In this document: piece by piece, positions 1-9,023 of the stretch
Layout of the letters: each line of letters begins with the position of its first letter
How positions within the stretch are numbered: position 1 is the first letter of the stretch
From: Candidatus Limnocylindrales bacterium
GTDB taxonomy: Bacteria > Moduliflexota > Moduliflexia > Moduliflexales > JAUQPW01
Assembly (NCBI GenBank): GCA_035559535.1
Contig: DATMBG010000006.1
Coordinates: 62,001 to 126,000, forward strand
Length of the DNA stretch: 64,000 nucleotides
Direction of reading: 5' to 3'
The notes under the pieces: generated by a model
The model's database searches: none
Seen by the model: only the letters and a program-made list of their open reading frames with translations
Told to the model about the DNA's origin: nothing
Position numbers and translations under genes: made by a program

Positions 1-643
1 CTCCTATCCAGGTCCCTGTCAGAATTCCACCCAGAAGAGTGGGAATAAGGAGGCCCAGGAACACCCAAACAAAATAAAGCCGATTAACTTTAAAGAGAAG
101 AGTATCTCGAAGTAAATCGGGTATATAATGGCTCCAATCGGTAACTTCGTGGACAAATAGCCATCCGGTATGGGCATGCCATAGCCCACGGAGCAAACCG
201 GAAATTCCATCCCCATGGAGATGAGGTGAATGAGGATCGCCTGATTGATCGCTGTAAGCGTGATGGCGCCGATGAATAGCTGCCCAAAAAAGGACAGGCC
301 CTTGAGCAGCCATGGAACCGAGGATGGCAAGAATAACCCGTACTACCCGGTTGGTTTTGAAAGCACGATGGGAAAAATGCCGATGGAACCCCACTCCAAT
401 TCCAATTATGGTGGCCGCGTACATACCGATGAGAAGACCTAACTCCACAAGACCCAGAGCATATCCCCAGAATAGAATAGTGGCAGCAAGGAACCCGAGA
501 AAGGGCGTAATGACAACCACCAGGGCAATAGTTCGTTCGAACTTTTGGGCAGGTAAACTGGCCATTGCTATCCCAGGAAACTCAGATGGCTTTGAAGGGG
601 TTTTAAATTTTGCCTGGCTTCCTAATTTAGTGACCTCTGACAT
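1..643 (-). CDS. Membrane-bound fatty acid (acyl-CoA/ACP) desaturase, delta-9/JamB-like; partial, runs off the left edge
   Basis: Not in the ORF track; translated by hand. ATG at 643 with AGGAGG RBS at about 650-655. Reads MSEVTKLG...IGVGFHRHFSHRAF...AAQGPVLFWAAIHRRHHAYSDQSGDPHSPHLHG...GLWHAHTGWLF, containing His boxes HxxxxH and HxxHH plus hydrophobic segments. No stop codon before position 1. Confidence 0.93.
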   Translation of the reverse strand, partial: MSEVTKLGSQAKFKTPSKPSEFPGIAMASLPAQKFERTIALVVVITPFLGFLAATILFWGYALGLVELGLLIGMYAATIIGIGVGFHRHFSHRAFKTNRVVRVILAILGSMAAQGPVLFWAAIHRRHHAYSDQSGDPHSPHLHGDGISGLLRGLWHAHTGWLFVHEVTDWSHYIPDLLRDTLLFKVNRLYFVWVFLGLLIPTLLGGILTGTWIG

Positions 644-881
644 GACTGGCCTCCTTTAGGTTTTCTTATTAAAAGGATTTTAATTGCAAAAATCACACTC
701 TATCTAACCGATGGTCCACTTACTGCCTAAGGTATTGAGAGATTTTGATAGAAAAGATTTGTTTCAGGCAGTGTCCTATTAAACAGGAAAGTAACGAAAC
801 ACCATACTTACTTAATCCCGTAGAGTAAGTCAACTGGAAAAATACGGAATAATTAAATTAGTTGGTATGAGGTTACTTAGA

Positions 882-897
882 TGCAAAGAGTGAACCA
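882..897 (-). promoter_or_regulatory. Possible sigma-54 -24/-12 promoter for the desaturase
   Basis: Minus strand TGGTTCACTCTTTGCA (GG-N10-GC, TTGCA) in an AT-rich intergenic region about 240 nt upstream of the ATG. Confidence 0.4.
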
Positions 898-1174
898 TTT
901 ATTTTAAGGGATAAAAGAAGGCTTATAGCTTATACCCATCCCTATTTCATGGGGTAATTATACGATCCTGGGAATTATAGGACTCCAGTAGGGGTAAATG
1001 TCAAACCGGCTCCTATTTATAGAAAACTTCTTGATACTACCTGTGGAAAGGAATTTTAAAAAGTTGAGATTTCAGTGGCATTCCTTGAGCTTCTAAACAG
1101 TAACCTTCGGTTTCCTGAAGACTGGAAAAAACTTTTCGCAGAAGCTATTTTTACAGGAATTTTATGGCTCTACT

Positions 1175-1216
1175 CCCTCACCCCCGGCCCCTTTCCTGAA
1201 GCCTGGGGAGAGGGGT
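1175..1216. repeat. REP-like hairpin (CCCTCACCCCC..GGGGAGAGGGG family)
   Basis: ccctcacccccggcccctttcc...ggggagagggg; the same motif recurs near 23975, 50500, 56780 and 58900. Confidence 0.75.
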
Positions 1217-1281
1217 ATAAATAATTGTTCAAATTTAACTTTACAGAGTATGAGTTATCCCCTTCAATTCAGATACAGACT

Positions 1282-3108
1282 TTACTCTTCCAGCACGTTT
1301 AGGCTTCCAGATAGAAATCCGGCCCGGCAGGCATAATGCTGGATTTTGCCACTGGAGGTTTTAGGAATGCTATTTGCTTTAAGTAGCAATACAGCATGAA
1401 TGTGCATTTCGTGATTTTCTACTACCGCCTGTCGAATGCTCCCAACTATTTCCTTGATGCTCCAACGTCTTAAATCATAGGAATGCTCCAGTTCGGCTAC
1501 AATAACGAGTCGTTCTTCACCATTCTGATCTATGGAAAATGCTGCACAGCAGCCCGGGCGTAAAGCCGGATGGCTCTGTTCCACGGTCTGTTCGATATCT
1601 TGAGGATAATAATTACGACCCCCTAGGATGATCAAATTCTTCAGACGACCCGTGACGAACAGCTCCCCCTTCTTCAAGAATCCTAAATCTCCTGTACGAA
1701 GAAAGGGGCCCTCACCGGTATCTGCCAGATAAGCCTTGAAGGTCTGCTTTGTCTCTTCGGAGCGATTCCAGTAGCCTTGAGCAACGCTGGGTCCTGATAC
1801 CCAAATCTCTCCCACCCGGTCAGGTGAACATAGGGTTAAGGATTCTGGATCGACAATAATAATCTTCTGACCCGGTAAAGATCGACCACACCCTATGAGT
1901 TTTTGGGTATCCTTTGTAGAACTATCGAGAGGGGATGCTTCTACTACCTGGTTCTGTTTTAGAGCAGTTCTCAGAACGCTGAGAACCGTGGGAAGGGTTC
2001 CTTTCAAACCACCGGAAACGATTAAAGTTGCCTCGGCCAGTCCGTAGCAAGGATAAAAGGCTTCTCGACGGAAGCCACAGGGTTCAAAGGCCTCTACAAA
2101 GCGGTCCAGAGTTTCTGCACGAACAGGCTCAGCACCATTGAAAGCCACCTCCCAGCAACTTAAGTCAAGGGTGGCTCGTTGTTCCGGGGTGATTTTCTGT
2201 ACACAGAAGTCGTAGGCAAAATTCGGACCTCCACTGGTAGTAGCTCTGGTACGGGAGATAGCTTGAAGCCATCGAAAGGGGCGTTGTAGAAAGGCAAATG
2301 GCGACATGAGTGTAACCGGAAATCCGCCATAAAGTGGCTGCAGGATACCCCCAGCAAGTCCCATGTCATGGTAAGGTGGCAACCAGATAACTCCCCGACT
2401 CTTGGGAGTATGCCCAAAACATTGATGGATCAGGGTTAAATTGTACAATAGATTACCATGGGTGAGTCTGACTCCCCTGGGCACCCCGGTAGAGCCCGAA
2501 GTGTACTGAAGAAACGCCAGGGCATTACCATCTATCGCCGGATTTTGCCATGCCTCAGCTAAAGTTTCCTGTAAATCCGGCAAAGGTTCATCTTGTTGGA
2601 TGCTGTCCAGGGTCTGTCCCAGGTAGAGTTGAAGAGGGGTCAAGGCATCCAGGGTATCGGTTATTATCCAGTGTAGGTTTTTCAAGAGGGGAGTCGGATC
2701 TAACCAACATCCTATACGGGATAAAATGGATTTCGTGGTAAGTGCCACCGTCGCCTGTGCGTCCTCTGCAATAGCCTGAAGGCGAGACATAGAACGGTTA
2801 AACCTGGGTGGATAAGCCGGAACGGCTATCACACCTGCGTACAGGCAGCCAAAAAATGCGGTAATGTATTCCAGACCCGGTGGATAGAGCAATAGGGCCC
2901 GTTCTCCGGTTACACCTGCATTTTGAAGCCAACCACCTATCATCCGGGCCTTCCGGTCCAGTTCCTCGTAGCTTATCTGAAGTTCTTCTCCTTCCCCATC
3001 AACCAGAAAAGTATAAGCCTTCTGCTGAGGTTGTTGAAGCGCCCTCAAACGGAGAAGATCGACCAGGGTAGAAATTTCGGCAGTAGAATTGAAAGGAAGT
3101 CCCGTCAT
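1282..3108 (-). CDS. Fatty acyl-AMP ligase (FAAL)
   Basis: AFLQYTSGSTGVPRGV, WLPPYHDMGL, GGPNFAYD, YPCYGLAEATL followed by the FAAL insertion, LRTGDLGF, IPKTSSGK. Confidence 0.95.
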   Translation of the reverse strand: MTGLPFNSTAEISTLVDLLRLRALQQPQQKAYTFLVDGEGEELQISYEELDRKARMIGGWLQNAGVTGERALLLYPPGLEYITAFFGCLYAGVIAVPAYPPRFNRSMSRLQAIAEDAQATVALTTKSILSRIGCWLDPTPLLKNLHWIITDTLDALTPLQLYLGQTLDSIQQDEPLPDLQETLAEAWQNPAIDGNALAFLQYTSGSTGVPRGVRLTHGNLLYNLTLIHQCFGHTPKSRGVIWLPPYHDMGLAGGILQPLYGGFPVTLMSPFAFLQRPFRWLQAISRTRATTSGGPNFAYDFCVQKITPEQRATLDLSCWEVAFNGAEPVRAETLDRFVEAFEPCGFRREAFYPCYGLAEATLIVSGGLKGTLPTVLSVLRTALKQNQVVEASPLDSSTKDTQKLIGCGRSLPGQKIIIVDPESLTLCSPDRVGEIWVSGPSVAQGYWNRSEETKQTFKAYLADTGEGPFLRTGDLGFLKKGELFVTGRLKNLIILGGRNYYPQDIEQTVEQSHPALRPGCCAAFSIDQNGEERLVIVAELEHSYDLRRWSIKEIVGSIRQAVVENHEMHIHAVLLLKANSIPKTSSGKIQHYACRAGFLSGSLNVLEE

Positions 3109-3159
3109 AGCTCAAACAGGAGCAGGTTCTTGAGCCTGAAGCTGGATGGTTAACGGTCC

Positions 3160-5490
3160 CTAATTAATTACATCCTTTATGATCCGAACTTTGTCTCCAT
3201 CCTTCAATAAAGTTTGACCGATGGTCACTACATTTTCGCCTTCATTGATTCCGCTCAAGATTTCCACAAGACCGTCTCCGGCTGACCCCACCTTAACGTA
3301 ACGCAATTGGGCAATGGAATCTGTCCCGACTACAAAAGCACTGGCTTTCCCGGCAGAGTCGACAATGGCTACTTTAGGTACTGTAGGAACGGTGCGAGAG
3401 TTTTGAATTCGAGCAAAGGCGGATAGGCCCGGTTTCAGAATCCGATTGGGATTATCGACCCGAATATGAGCTTTAAAAGTCCGGGTATCTGTATTGGTAT
3501 TTGGCTCGATTTTCACAATTGTGCCTTCCAAAACTTCATTGGGGAGGGAATCTAAAGTTACCTTTGCGGTCTGTCCGAGATGAACCGAAGTTAACTTTTC
3601 TTCGGCGACATTGGCAACGACCATAGCCGGCTGGATATTTCCGATAACCAACAAGCTGGTGCCTCCGGTACCTCCGATAATTTCACCCGGGTTGATATTT
3701 CGTTCGGTAATAACCCCTACGATGGGAGATCGTACAATTGAATTATCCAGGTCATATCGGGCCTTAGCCAGGGCTTGAAGTGCAGTTGTGTAGTTAAATA
3801 TGGCAGAGGTTAAATCTGCCTGGGAAGTAACCTCTTCATTTTTGAGGGCATTTTGGGATTTTAGCAGGTTTTCCAGGGCAGTATAGTAATCGTTCTCGGC
3901 TTGTGCCATGGCCGATTTATTGGTAACCTCTTCATTTTTGAGAGCATCTTGGGCTTTCAAGAGGTTTTCCAGGGCAGTTACATAATCCGATCTGGCCTGA
4001 GTAAGCGTAGAATTATTTGTAAACTCCTCGTTTTTCAAACTATCTTCAACTGTTTTAAGGTTCAGTAAAGCCGTACTATAATCGGCCTGTGCCGCAGCTA
4101 ATGCCGATCTATTGACTACCTCTTCATTGACCAGGGCATGCTGTGCTTTAGCAAGATCTTCTAAGGCCGTTGTATAATCAGATTGAGCCTGGGTAAGGTC
4201 GGCTTTATTGGTTACTTCTTCATTTTTCAACTCCGTTTGAACTGTTTTAAGGTCATATAAGGCCGCACTATAGTTAAACTCCGCCGAGCTTAATTCTGCC
4301 TTATTTGTAATCTCTTCGTTTTTTAAGTTATTCTGAGCGATGATATGATCTTCTAAAGATTTAACATAATTGCTTCGGGCTACGTCCAGGGCATTTTGCG
4401 CCTGCTCAAGGGCTGCTTGAGAGACAACGGATTGGTTGGTTAATTGTTTCTGACGAGCCACGGCGGCTTCACTGACCTGCACGGTGGACTTGCCGGATAT
4501 AACAGATGCTTTGGTGGTTTCCAGATGTGCAACCCACTCATCGTGCCGGGTAGGCTGGGTTTTTTTGGTCTGTTCTAACTTGGCTTTGGTACTCTCTACA
4601 TTGTCCTGGGCCTTTTTAAGATTGGCTAAAAGTTGCTCATGATTGGTAGGTTGGGTTTTTTCCACTTCTTCCAGTTTTGCTTTGGTCTTCTCAACCGTTG
4701 CTTCCGCACTTTTCACCGCGGCAACCAGTTCCTCATGTCCGGTCGCTTGCGTCTGCTTGAGCTCTTCCAACTTAGCTTTATTGCTCTCCACATCATCCTG
4801 GGCTTTTTTAAGATTGGCTAAAAGCTCTTCGTGTTGGGTGGGTTGGGTTTTTTCCACCTCTTCCAATTTTGCTTTGGTCTTCTCAACCATTGCTTCCGCA
4901 CTTTTCACCGCGGCAACCAGTTCCTCATGTCCAGTCGCTTGCGTCTGCTTGAGCTCTTCCAGCTTGGCCCGGGTTTTCTCTACATTTGTCTCGGCACTTT
5001 TCACCGCAGCAACCAACTCCTCATGTTGGGTAGATTGGGTCTGTTTGATTTCTTCCAGCTTGGCCTTTGTCATATTAACCTGCTCCTCGGCGCTTTTTAA
5101 AGCAGAGATTAATAAAGTCTGATCCAGTTCGAACAGAATCTGACCTTCCTCGACATAATCTCCTACATCCACATGGACCGCTTTCACACGGGTTCCTACC
5201 AAAGTTGAAGTAATATGGGCAAAGGATGACGGTTGTACTTCGGCGCTTGCTCCAATCTCCTCGGTGATAGTCGTTACTTTTACCGGATAGACCTTAACGG
5301 GCATGGGAGCTCCTGCCTGACGACTCTTCACAGGATTCGTTTGAATGTCATGCTTCCCGATAGCCCAAAAGATATAAGCCGGAACCAAAAGAATGGTTAA
5401 TAAACTTAAAAGAAGAGAACTCCACTTTAAAAGTTTTAACCATCGAGGGGGTGTTAATTTTACGGATTTATCGTTCATCATATTAACCAC
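3160..5490 (-). CDS. Efflux periplasmic adaptor (membrane fusion protein, HlyD/AcrA family) with a greatly extended alpha-hairpin
   Basis: N-terminal TM helix; lipoyl half-motifs VHVDVGDYVEEGQILFEL and IVRSPIVGVI; RxxxLxxxxxxS tip (RQKQLTNQSVVS); C-terminal LKPGL and GINEGENVV. Confidence 0.9.
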   Translation of the reverse strand: MVNMMNDKSVKLTPPRWLKLLKWSSLLLSLLTILLVPAYIFWAIGKHDIQTNPVKSRQAGAPMPVKVYPVKVTTITEEIGASAEVQPSSFAHITSTLVGTRVKAVHVDVGDYVEEGQILFELDQTLLISALKSAEEQVNMTKAKLEEIKQTQSTQHEELVAAVKSAETNVEKTRAKLEELKQTQATGHEELVAAVKSAEAMVEKTKAKLEEVEKTQPTQHEELLANLKKAQDDVESNKAKLEELKQTQATGHEELVAAVKSAEATVEKTKAKLEEVEKTQPTNHEQLLANLKKAQDNVESTKAKLEQTKKTQPTRHDEWVAHLETTKASVISGKSTVQVSEAAVARQKQLTNQSVVSQAALEQAQNALDVARSNYVKSLEDHIIAQNNLKNEEITNKAELSSAEFNYSAALYDLKTVQTELKNEEVTNKADLTQAQSDYTTALEDLAKAQHALVNEEVVNRSALAAAQADYSTALLNLKTVEDSLKNEEFTNNSTLTQARSDYVTALENLLKAQDALKNEEVTNKSAMAQAENDYYTALENLLKSQNALKNEEVTSQADLTSAIFNYTTALQALAKARYDLDNSIVRSPIVGVITERNINPGEIIGGTGGTSLLVIGNIQPAMVVANVAEEKLTSVHLGQTAKVTLDSLPNEVLEGTIVKIEPNTNTDTRTFKAHIRVDNPNRILKPGLSAFARIQNSRTVPTVPKVAIVDSAGKASAFVVGTDSIAQLRYVKVGSAGDGLVEILSGINEGENVVTIGQTLLKDGDKVRIIKDVIN
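4604..4962. repeat. Near-identical 192-nt tandem duplication inside the adaptor gene
   Basis: ttggtcttctcaacc...cttttcaccgcggcaaccagttcctcatgtcc...gcttgcgtctgcttgagctcttcca occurs twice, offset by 192 nt (2 x 32 codons). Confidence 0.9.
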
Positions 5491-5572
5491 TCACCGTTAA
5501 CCATTGACAATTTAATAGGTTAAAGGTTTATTGTTAAGTCGTTTCTTAAATTCTTGATCATCTTAATAATTC

Positions 5573-6490
5573 TTAATCAATTCTTAATAAACCTTTGATC
5601 AGAAAACCAAATCCCAGTGAGACCCCAATAAATACTACCAACCAATCCAAATGCCAGCCTCCCGGTACCTCATTAAAATATCTGGGAAGATAATTAATCC
5701 GGATTACTTCAATCCAGGGATTCTCAGGAAGAGGGGTTTCATAAGGGTTATAGAAAGCCGAGAGAAACCCTTCTTGCCTTAGCTCCGGAACTATTTTCAA
5801 TTCGTGGGTTACTCCCAAGTTTATCGCCTCTGATTTCACTTCATCTGAAGGCGAAGATAAGATATTAAGATGGGTCCCTGGATTATCCGAGGCCAGCCCT
5901 TCTATGACCACCTGTTTACTGAACGTCTGGCCAAGCAACTGGAATTGGAGTGAATATTCTCCGGCTTTTTTCGCCTTGAGCCGCCAGTTAATTTCCCTTT
6001 CTTCTTCCAGACGTAGAGGTGGGGTCTCCACTTCAATGGCTTCTGGAGCTTTGAGAGTAATATCCAGGTCCAGAGGAGATTTTCCGGCTACCGTCTTGAC
6101 GGTTACAATAAAAGACTCCTCCGGTCTAAAACTTCTATATCCGTAGCGCGCATTCAGGGGTACTAGGATAAAGATAATAAGGAAAATGAGAACGAGTCCA
6201 GGTTTCAAGGAAAGGCCCATATATTTAAAATTATTCCATAGAATCTTTTTCTGGGCTAAAAGCATCTGAGTAAGATCCTCCTTATAAACCCGGATCTCCA
6301 TAAAATGGATTTTAATCTGATTCTTAACCTTTCGGATGGCTTCCTGATTAGAGGTAAATCGGTAAATTAAAACCATTAAAGTCCCCATCAGGATAGAAAT
6401 AGCCGTTAGTCCTATGATGGGATGAAATCGATGAAAGGGTATGAGAAGGATTTGTAATAGAGAATCGGATATATTTAATAGGGTTCGCAT
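5573..6490 (-). CDS. Membrane protein with an EMC3/TMCO1 (DUF106, Oxa1-superfamily)-like N-terminus and a soluble beta-rich insert
   Basis: TM1 (IIGLTAISILMGTLMVLIY), coiled coil (SNQEAIRKVKNQIKIHFMEIR...QKK), TM2 (LKPGLVLIFLIIFIL), soluble domain, then a C-terminal TM (WLVVFIGVSLGFGFLIKGLL). Family assigned from architecture only. Confidence 0.6.
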   Translation of the reverse strand: MRTLLNISDSLLQILLIPFHRFHPIIGLTAISILMGTLMVLIYRFTSNQEAIRKVKNQIKIHFMEIRVYKEDLTQMLLAQKKILWNNFKYMGLSLKPGLVLIFLIIFILVPLNARYGYRSFRPEESFIVTVKTVAGKSPLDLDITLKAPEAIEVETPPLRLEEEREINWRLKAKKAGEYSLQFQLLGQTFSKQVVIEGLASDNPGTHLNILSSPSDEVKSEAINLGVTHELKIVPELRQEGFLSAFYNPYETPLPENPWIEVIRINYLPRYFNEVPGGWHLDWLVVFIGVSLGFGFLIKGLLRID

Positions 6491-6492
6491 AA

Positions 6493-6687
6493 TTAATCAA
6501 TATATCCTAAACCACGAAGCCGTTTTTCTACTTCTTTTTCTCCCTCAGATTCCTCCCATTTGGCCAACTCTTTTTCTAAAAGATGGGTGATTAACTCCTC
6601 AACGGAAGAATATCCGGCATGGGTAGCATATTTCTCAGCTTTCTCTAAAAGATCCTTCTCAAGTTTAATTTTAGATTTTCCTAGCAT
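6493..6687 (-). CDS. Small ribbon-helix-helix (CopG-like) protein with a C-terminal RLRGLGYI motif
   Basis: KIKLEKDLLEKAE..AGYSSVEELITHLLEKEL pattern; ends EKEVEKRLRGLGYID; stop is 2 nt from the next start. Confidence 0.75.
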   Translation of the reverse strand: MLGKSKIKLEKDLLEKAEKYATHAGYSSVEELITHLLEKELAKWEESEGEKEVEKRLRGLGYID

Positions 6688-6806
6688 TTATAAATTGTTC
6701 GTTGTTCGTTGCTCGTAGTAGCCCCAGAGGCGTAAAAACCATAAGGACAGGCTTTTTGGCTTATTTCTCTCTGGATCTCCCATGGCAAAGAACAACGAAT
6801 AGCGGA

Positions 6807-8861
6807 CTAGAAAATAGGTTTTCCTTCCATTTCTTGACTCTCCAATCCAAATTCCTTTAAGATCGTCGGAGCGATATCGATGAGTCCCGGGTGGGTCGAT
6901 TGGATCTTCTTATTGGTCAGAATGAGACCCGGCACCAGTTCCGCCGCCATGCAATGGTCGCCGCTCCATTTTTTTCTGTTTTCTCCCAAAAGTTCCTGGG
7001 GAACTTTTCCTAAAGCCGTTTCCCAGGAAGCCCGATAACCCCGGTCATAGCCTATAATTAAATCGGGAGTCGTTCGAGGATCATACCCCGAATAAATCTC
7101 CTCAGCTCGATAAACCCTTTTAATAATAGGTCTCTGGTTTTCAGGATCTTTAACTTCCAGGAGTTTTTGGCTGAGTTCCTTAATCAGTTTTTCTCTCTGT
7201 AAAGTGGGTTCTATAATGCCTTGGCTTTCACGACCCCTTAAATTGAGATAAAGACTGTTGAGACCTAAGGCGTAAGCTTTTGTACCCAACCAATCTATAT
7301 TCTCGAAAAACTCATCACTTTCCTTTCGGGCTGGATCCAGGAATTTCATATATCCATTCTGAACCAGCCAGGTATTCAAATTAAAAAACTTATAGAACGG
7401 GGCAAAGCCATGATCCGACACGACGATAAGGGTAGTATCCGAATCTAACCGGCTCATGGTCGTGGCTAAGATATCATCCATGTGTTTGTAAACAAATCGG
7501 ATTACATCTTTTTCAGCGGGGGGGAAGGATCCATCTTCCCTGGAGGAATACATGGGATGTTGGGGATCCCTGTAGCGCCAGAACATATGTTGAAGAAGAT
7601 CGGTGGAGGAGAAGTAGGCAAAGAGTAGGCCGTCTTTAAAACGTTCCAACTCAAATCGGTAAATTTTAAGCTGGTCTTGCATGACGAACTTACTTTGCTG
7701 GAGAAACTCCGCATCACTCAAACGGTTTTCGTTCAATGCCCAGGTATCCTCTGCGATTCCCTGGGTATAAAAACGTCCTATAGATTTTGCTAGCTGAGCG
7801 GAATAATCTGCCGGCGTTGAGATGGGAAAAGGAGGTTCCAGGGGATCGATATTCAGGGGGGAAACATACAATTCAAACTCAGGATGAACCTGTTTAAGAT
7901 AGAATCGGCAAATACCTACAATTTTGGAGAAAGGGGCCAGCTTAAATTCAACCCGAATCCAATCACTCCATTCTCCTTCTTTTAGAAGGATTTCCTGATC
8001 TTGTACTACAAACTTAGCAACAGGGTTTACGGGATCTACCTTTACAGTAAATTCTGTTTCGACAGGGGGGGCATCTTTTTTAAAGAGATTACTCGGACCG
8101 ATCAGGGTAGACCGAATCTCCTGGCCTTTCTTGTCTACATGGTAAATCTCGCCGCTGGTAACCTTCCCCTCCTCCTTGGGTTTTGTGGTATAGAAGGAAA
8201 AAGTTCCATAGGTCCCCCGGATATCCGGAGTGCCCATTCCAGAGAGAGACCTGGCTTTACTTTGTACAGGAGGAAAATTTACCGGAATTCGCAGAACTGT
8301 GGAAGGGATATTATGCTCGCTCAGGATTTCCCAAAAAGCTTTTCCTTTCCTGAGGAGTTCTGTTTTAACATTGGAAAGGGGGATGACCCAATTTCCCAGG
8401 CTTATTTTCTTTTCCGGTGCCCGGACCCGGGCCATGGAAAAAAATGGAATATACTGTTCTGGATCCCGAGAAATAAAGTCGTAAATGTTGTGTTTACCCG
8501 GATTTAATCCGGTAATGAAGGTAGACCAGGCTACCGGGCTCTGAGGAGGAACGGTAGTGGCCAGGGGTAAAAAATCTCCCTGTTCCCTGAGAGCCTGAAA
8601 GTGAGGAAGATCTCCCTCTTTTATAAATTCATCCAATAAAGCCGGGTCCATTCCATCAAATCCAAGCACCAGAACCTTTTTTGAAGGTCCTGGGAGCGCA
8701 GATGCCGTGCCTGTCAGGACCTGTCTCTTCTTCGCGAGACGTACGGGTCGATGGCCATCGACCCGTACATCTCGGTTTACATCCATGAAAAAAATCCCGA
8801 GAAGAGCAAACAGGCAGACAAAATAGCCTATGCCAGTCAGTAGAAGCTTAAATCGAGTCAA
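6807..8861 (-). CDS. Alkaline phosphatase superfamily, type I phosphodiesterase/nucleotide pyrophosphatase-like, with N-terminal signal/anchor
   Basis: LGFDGMD, TTVPPQSPVAWSTF (Ser nucleophile), TDLLQH, VSDHGF, SGDH; hydrophobic N-terminus. Confidence 0.9.
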   Translation of the reverse strand: MTRFKLLLTGIGYFVCLFALLGIFFMDVNRDVRVDGHRPVRLAKKRQVLTGTASALPGPSKKVLVLGFDGMDPALLDEFIKEGDLPHFQALREQGDFLPLATTVPPQSPVAWSTFITGLNPGKHNIYDFISRDPEQYIPFFSMARVRAPEKKISLGNWVIPLSNVKTELLRKGKAFWEILSEHNIPSTVLRIPVNFPPVQSKARSLSGMGTPDIRGTYGTFSFYTTKPKEEGKVTSGEIYHVDKKGQEIRSTLIGPSNLFKKDAPPVETEFTVKVDPVNPVAKFVVQDQEILLKEGEWSDWIRVEFKLAPFSKIVGICRFYLKQVHPEFELYVSPLNIDPLEPPFPISTPADYSAQLAKSIGRFYTQGIAEDTWALNENRLSDAEFLQQSKFVMQDQLKIYRFELERFKDGLLFAYFSSTDLLQHMFWRYRDPQHPMYSSREDGSFPPAEKDVIRFVYKHMDDILATTMSRLDSDTTLIVVSDHGFAPFYKFFNLNTWLVQNGYMKFLDPARKESDEFFENIDWLGTKAYALGLNSLYLNLRGRESQGIIEPTLQREKLIKELSQKLLEVKDPENQRPIIKRVYRAEEIYSGYDPRTTPDLIIGYDRGYRASWETALGKVPQELLGENRKKWSGDHCMAAELVPGLILTNKKIQSTHPGLIDIAPTILKEFGLESQEMEGKPIF
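8741..8768. repeat. Perfect 28-bp palindrome inside a CDS
   Basis: gtacgggtcgatgg|ccatcgacccgtac; a near-identical intergenic copy lies at 8926-8953. Confidence 0.9.
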
Positions 8862-8868
8862 TAGTTTG

Positions 8869-9021
8869 CCGTCTGTTATCCGTTGTCTGTAATAGCTCCA
8901 GAGACCCAGAAAACATGGAGATAAAGTACGGGTCGATGGTCATCGACCCGTACGTTTTATTTCTCCCCAGGTTCTCTGACTCTTTGTGGCCAAGCACAAC
9001 AAACAATGGGCAACGGACGCC
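8869..9021. repeat. Nested intergenic hairpin: 7-mer arms, inner arms and a central palindrome at 8926-8953
   Basis: ccgtctgttatccgttgt...acaacaaacaatgggcaacgg flanks gagacccagaaaacatggaga...tctccccaggttctctgactct, which flanks gtacgggtcgatggtcatcgacccgtac. Confidence 0.7.
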
Positions 9022-9023
9022 TG

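Noticed and set aside
19-659. ORF-track entries 19-330, 90-287, 245-442 and 312-659
   Set aside because: They are alternative-frame or antisense shadows of the desaturase CDS (643 to the left edge)
1075-1091. GG-N10-GC sigma-54-like motif on the plus strand
   Set aside because: It points antisense into the FAAL gene and has a poor -12 box
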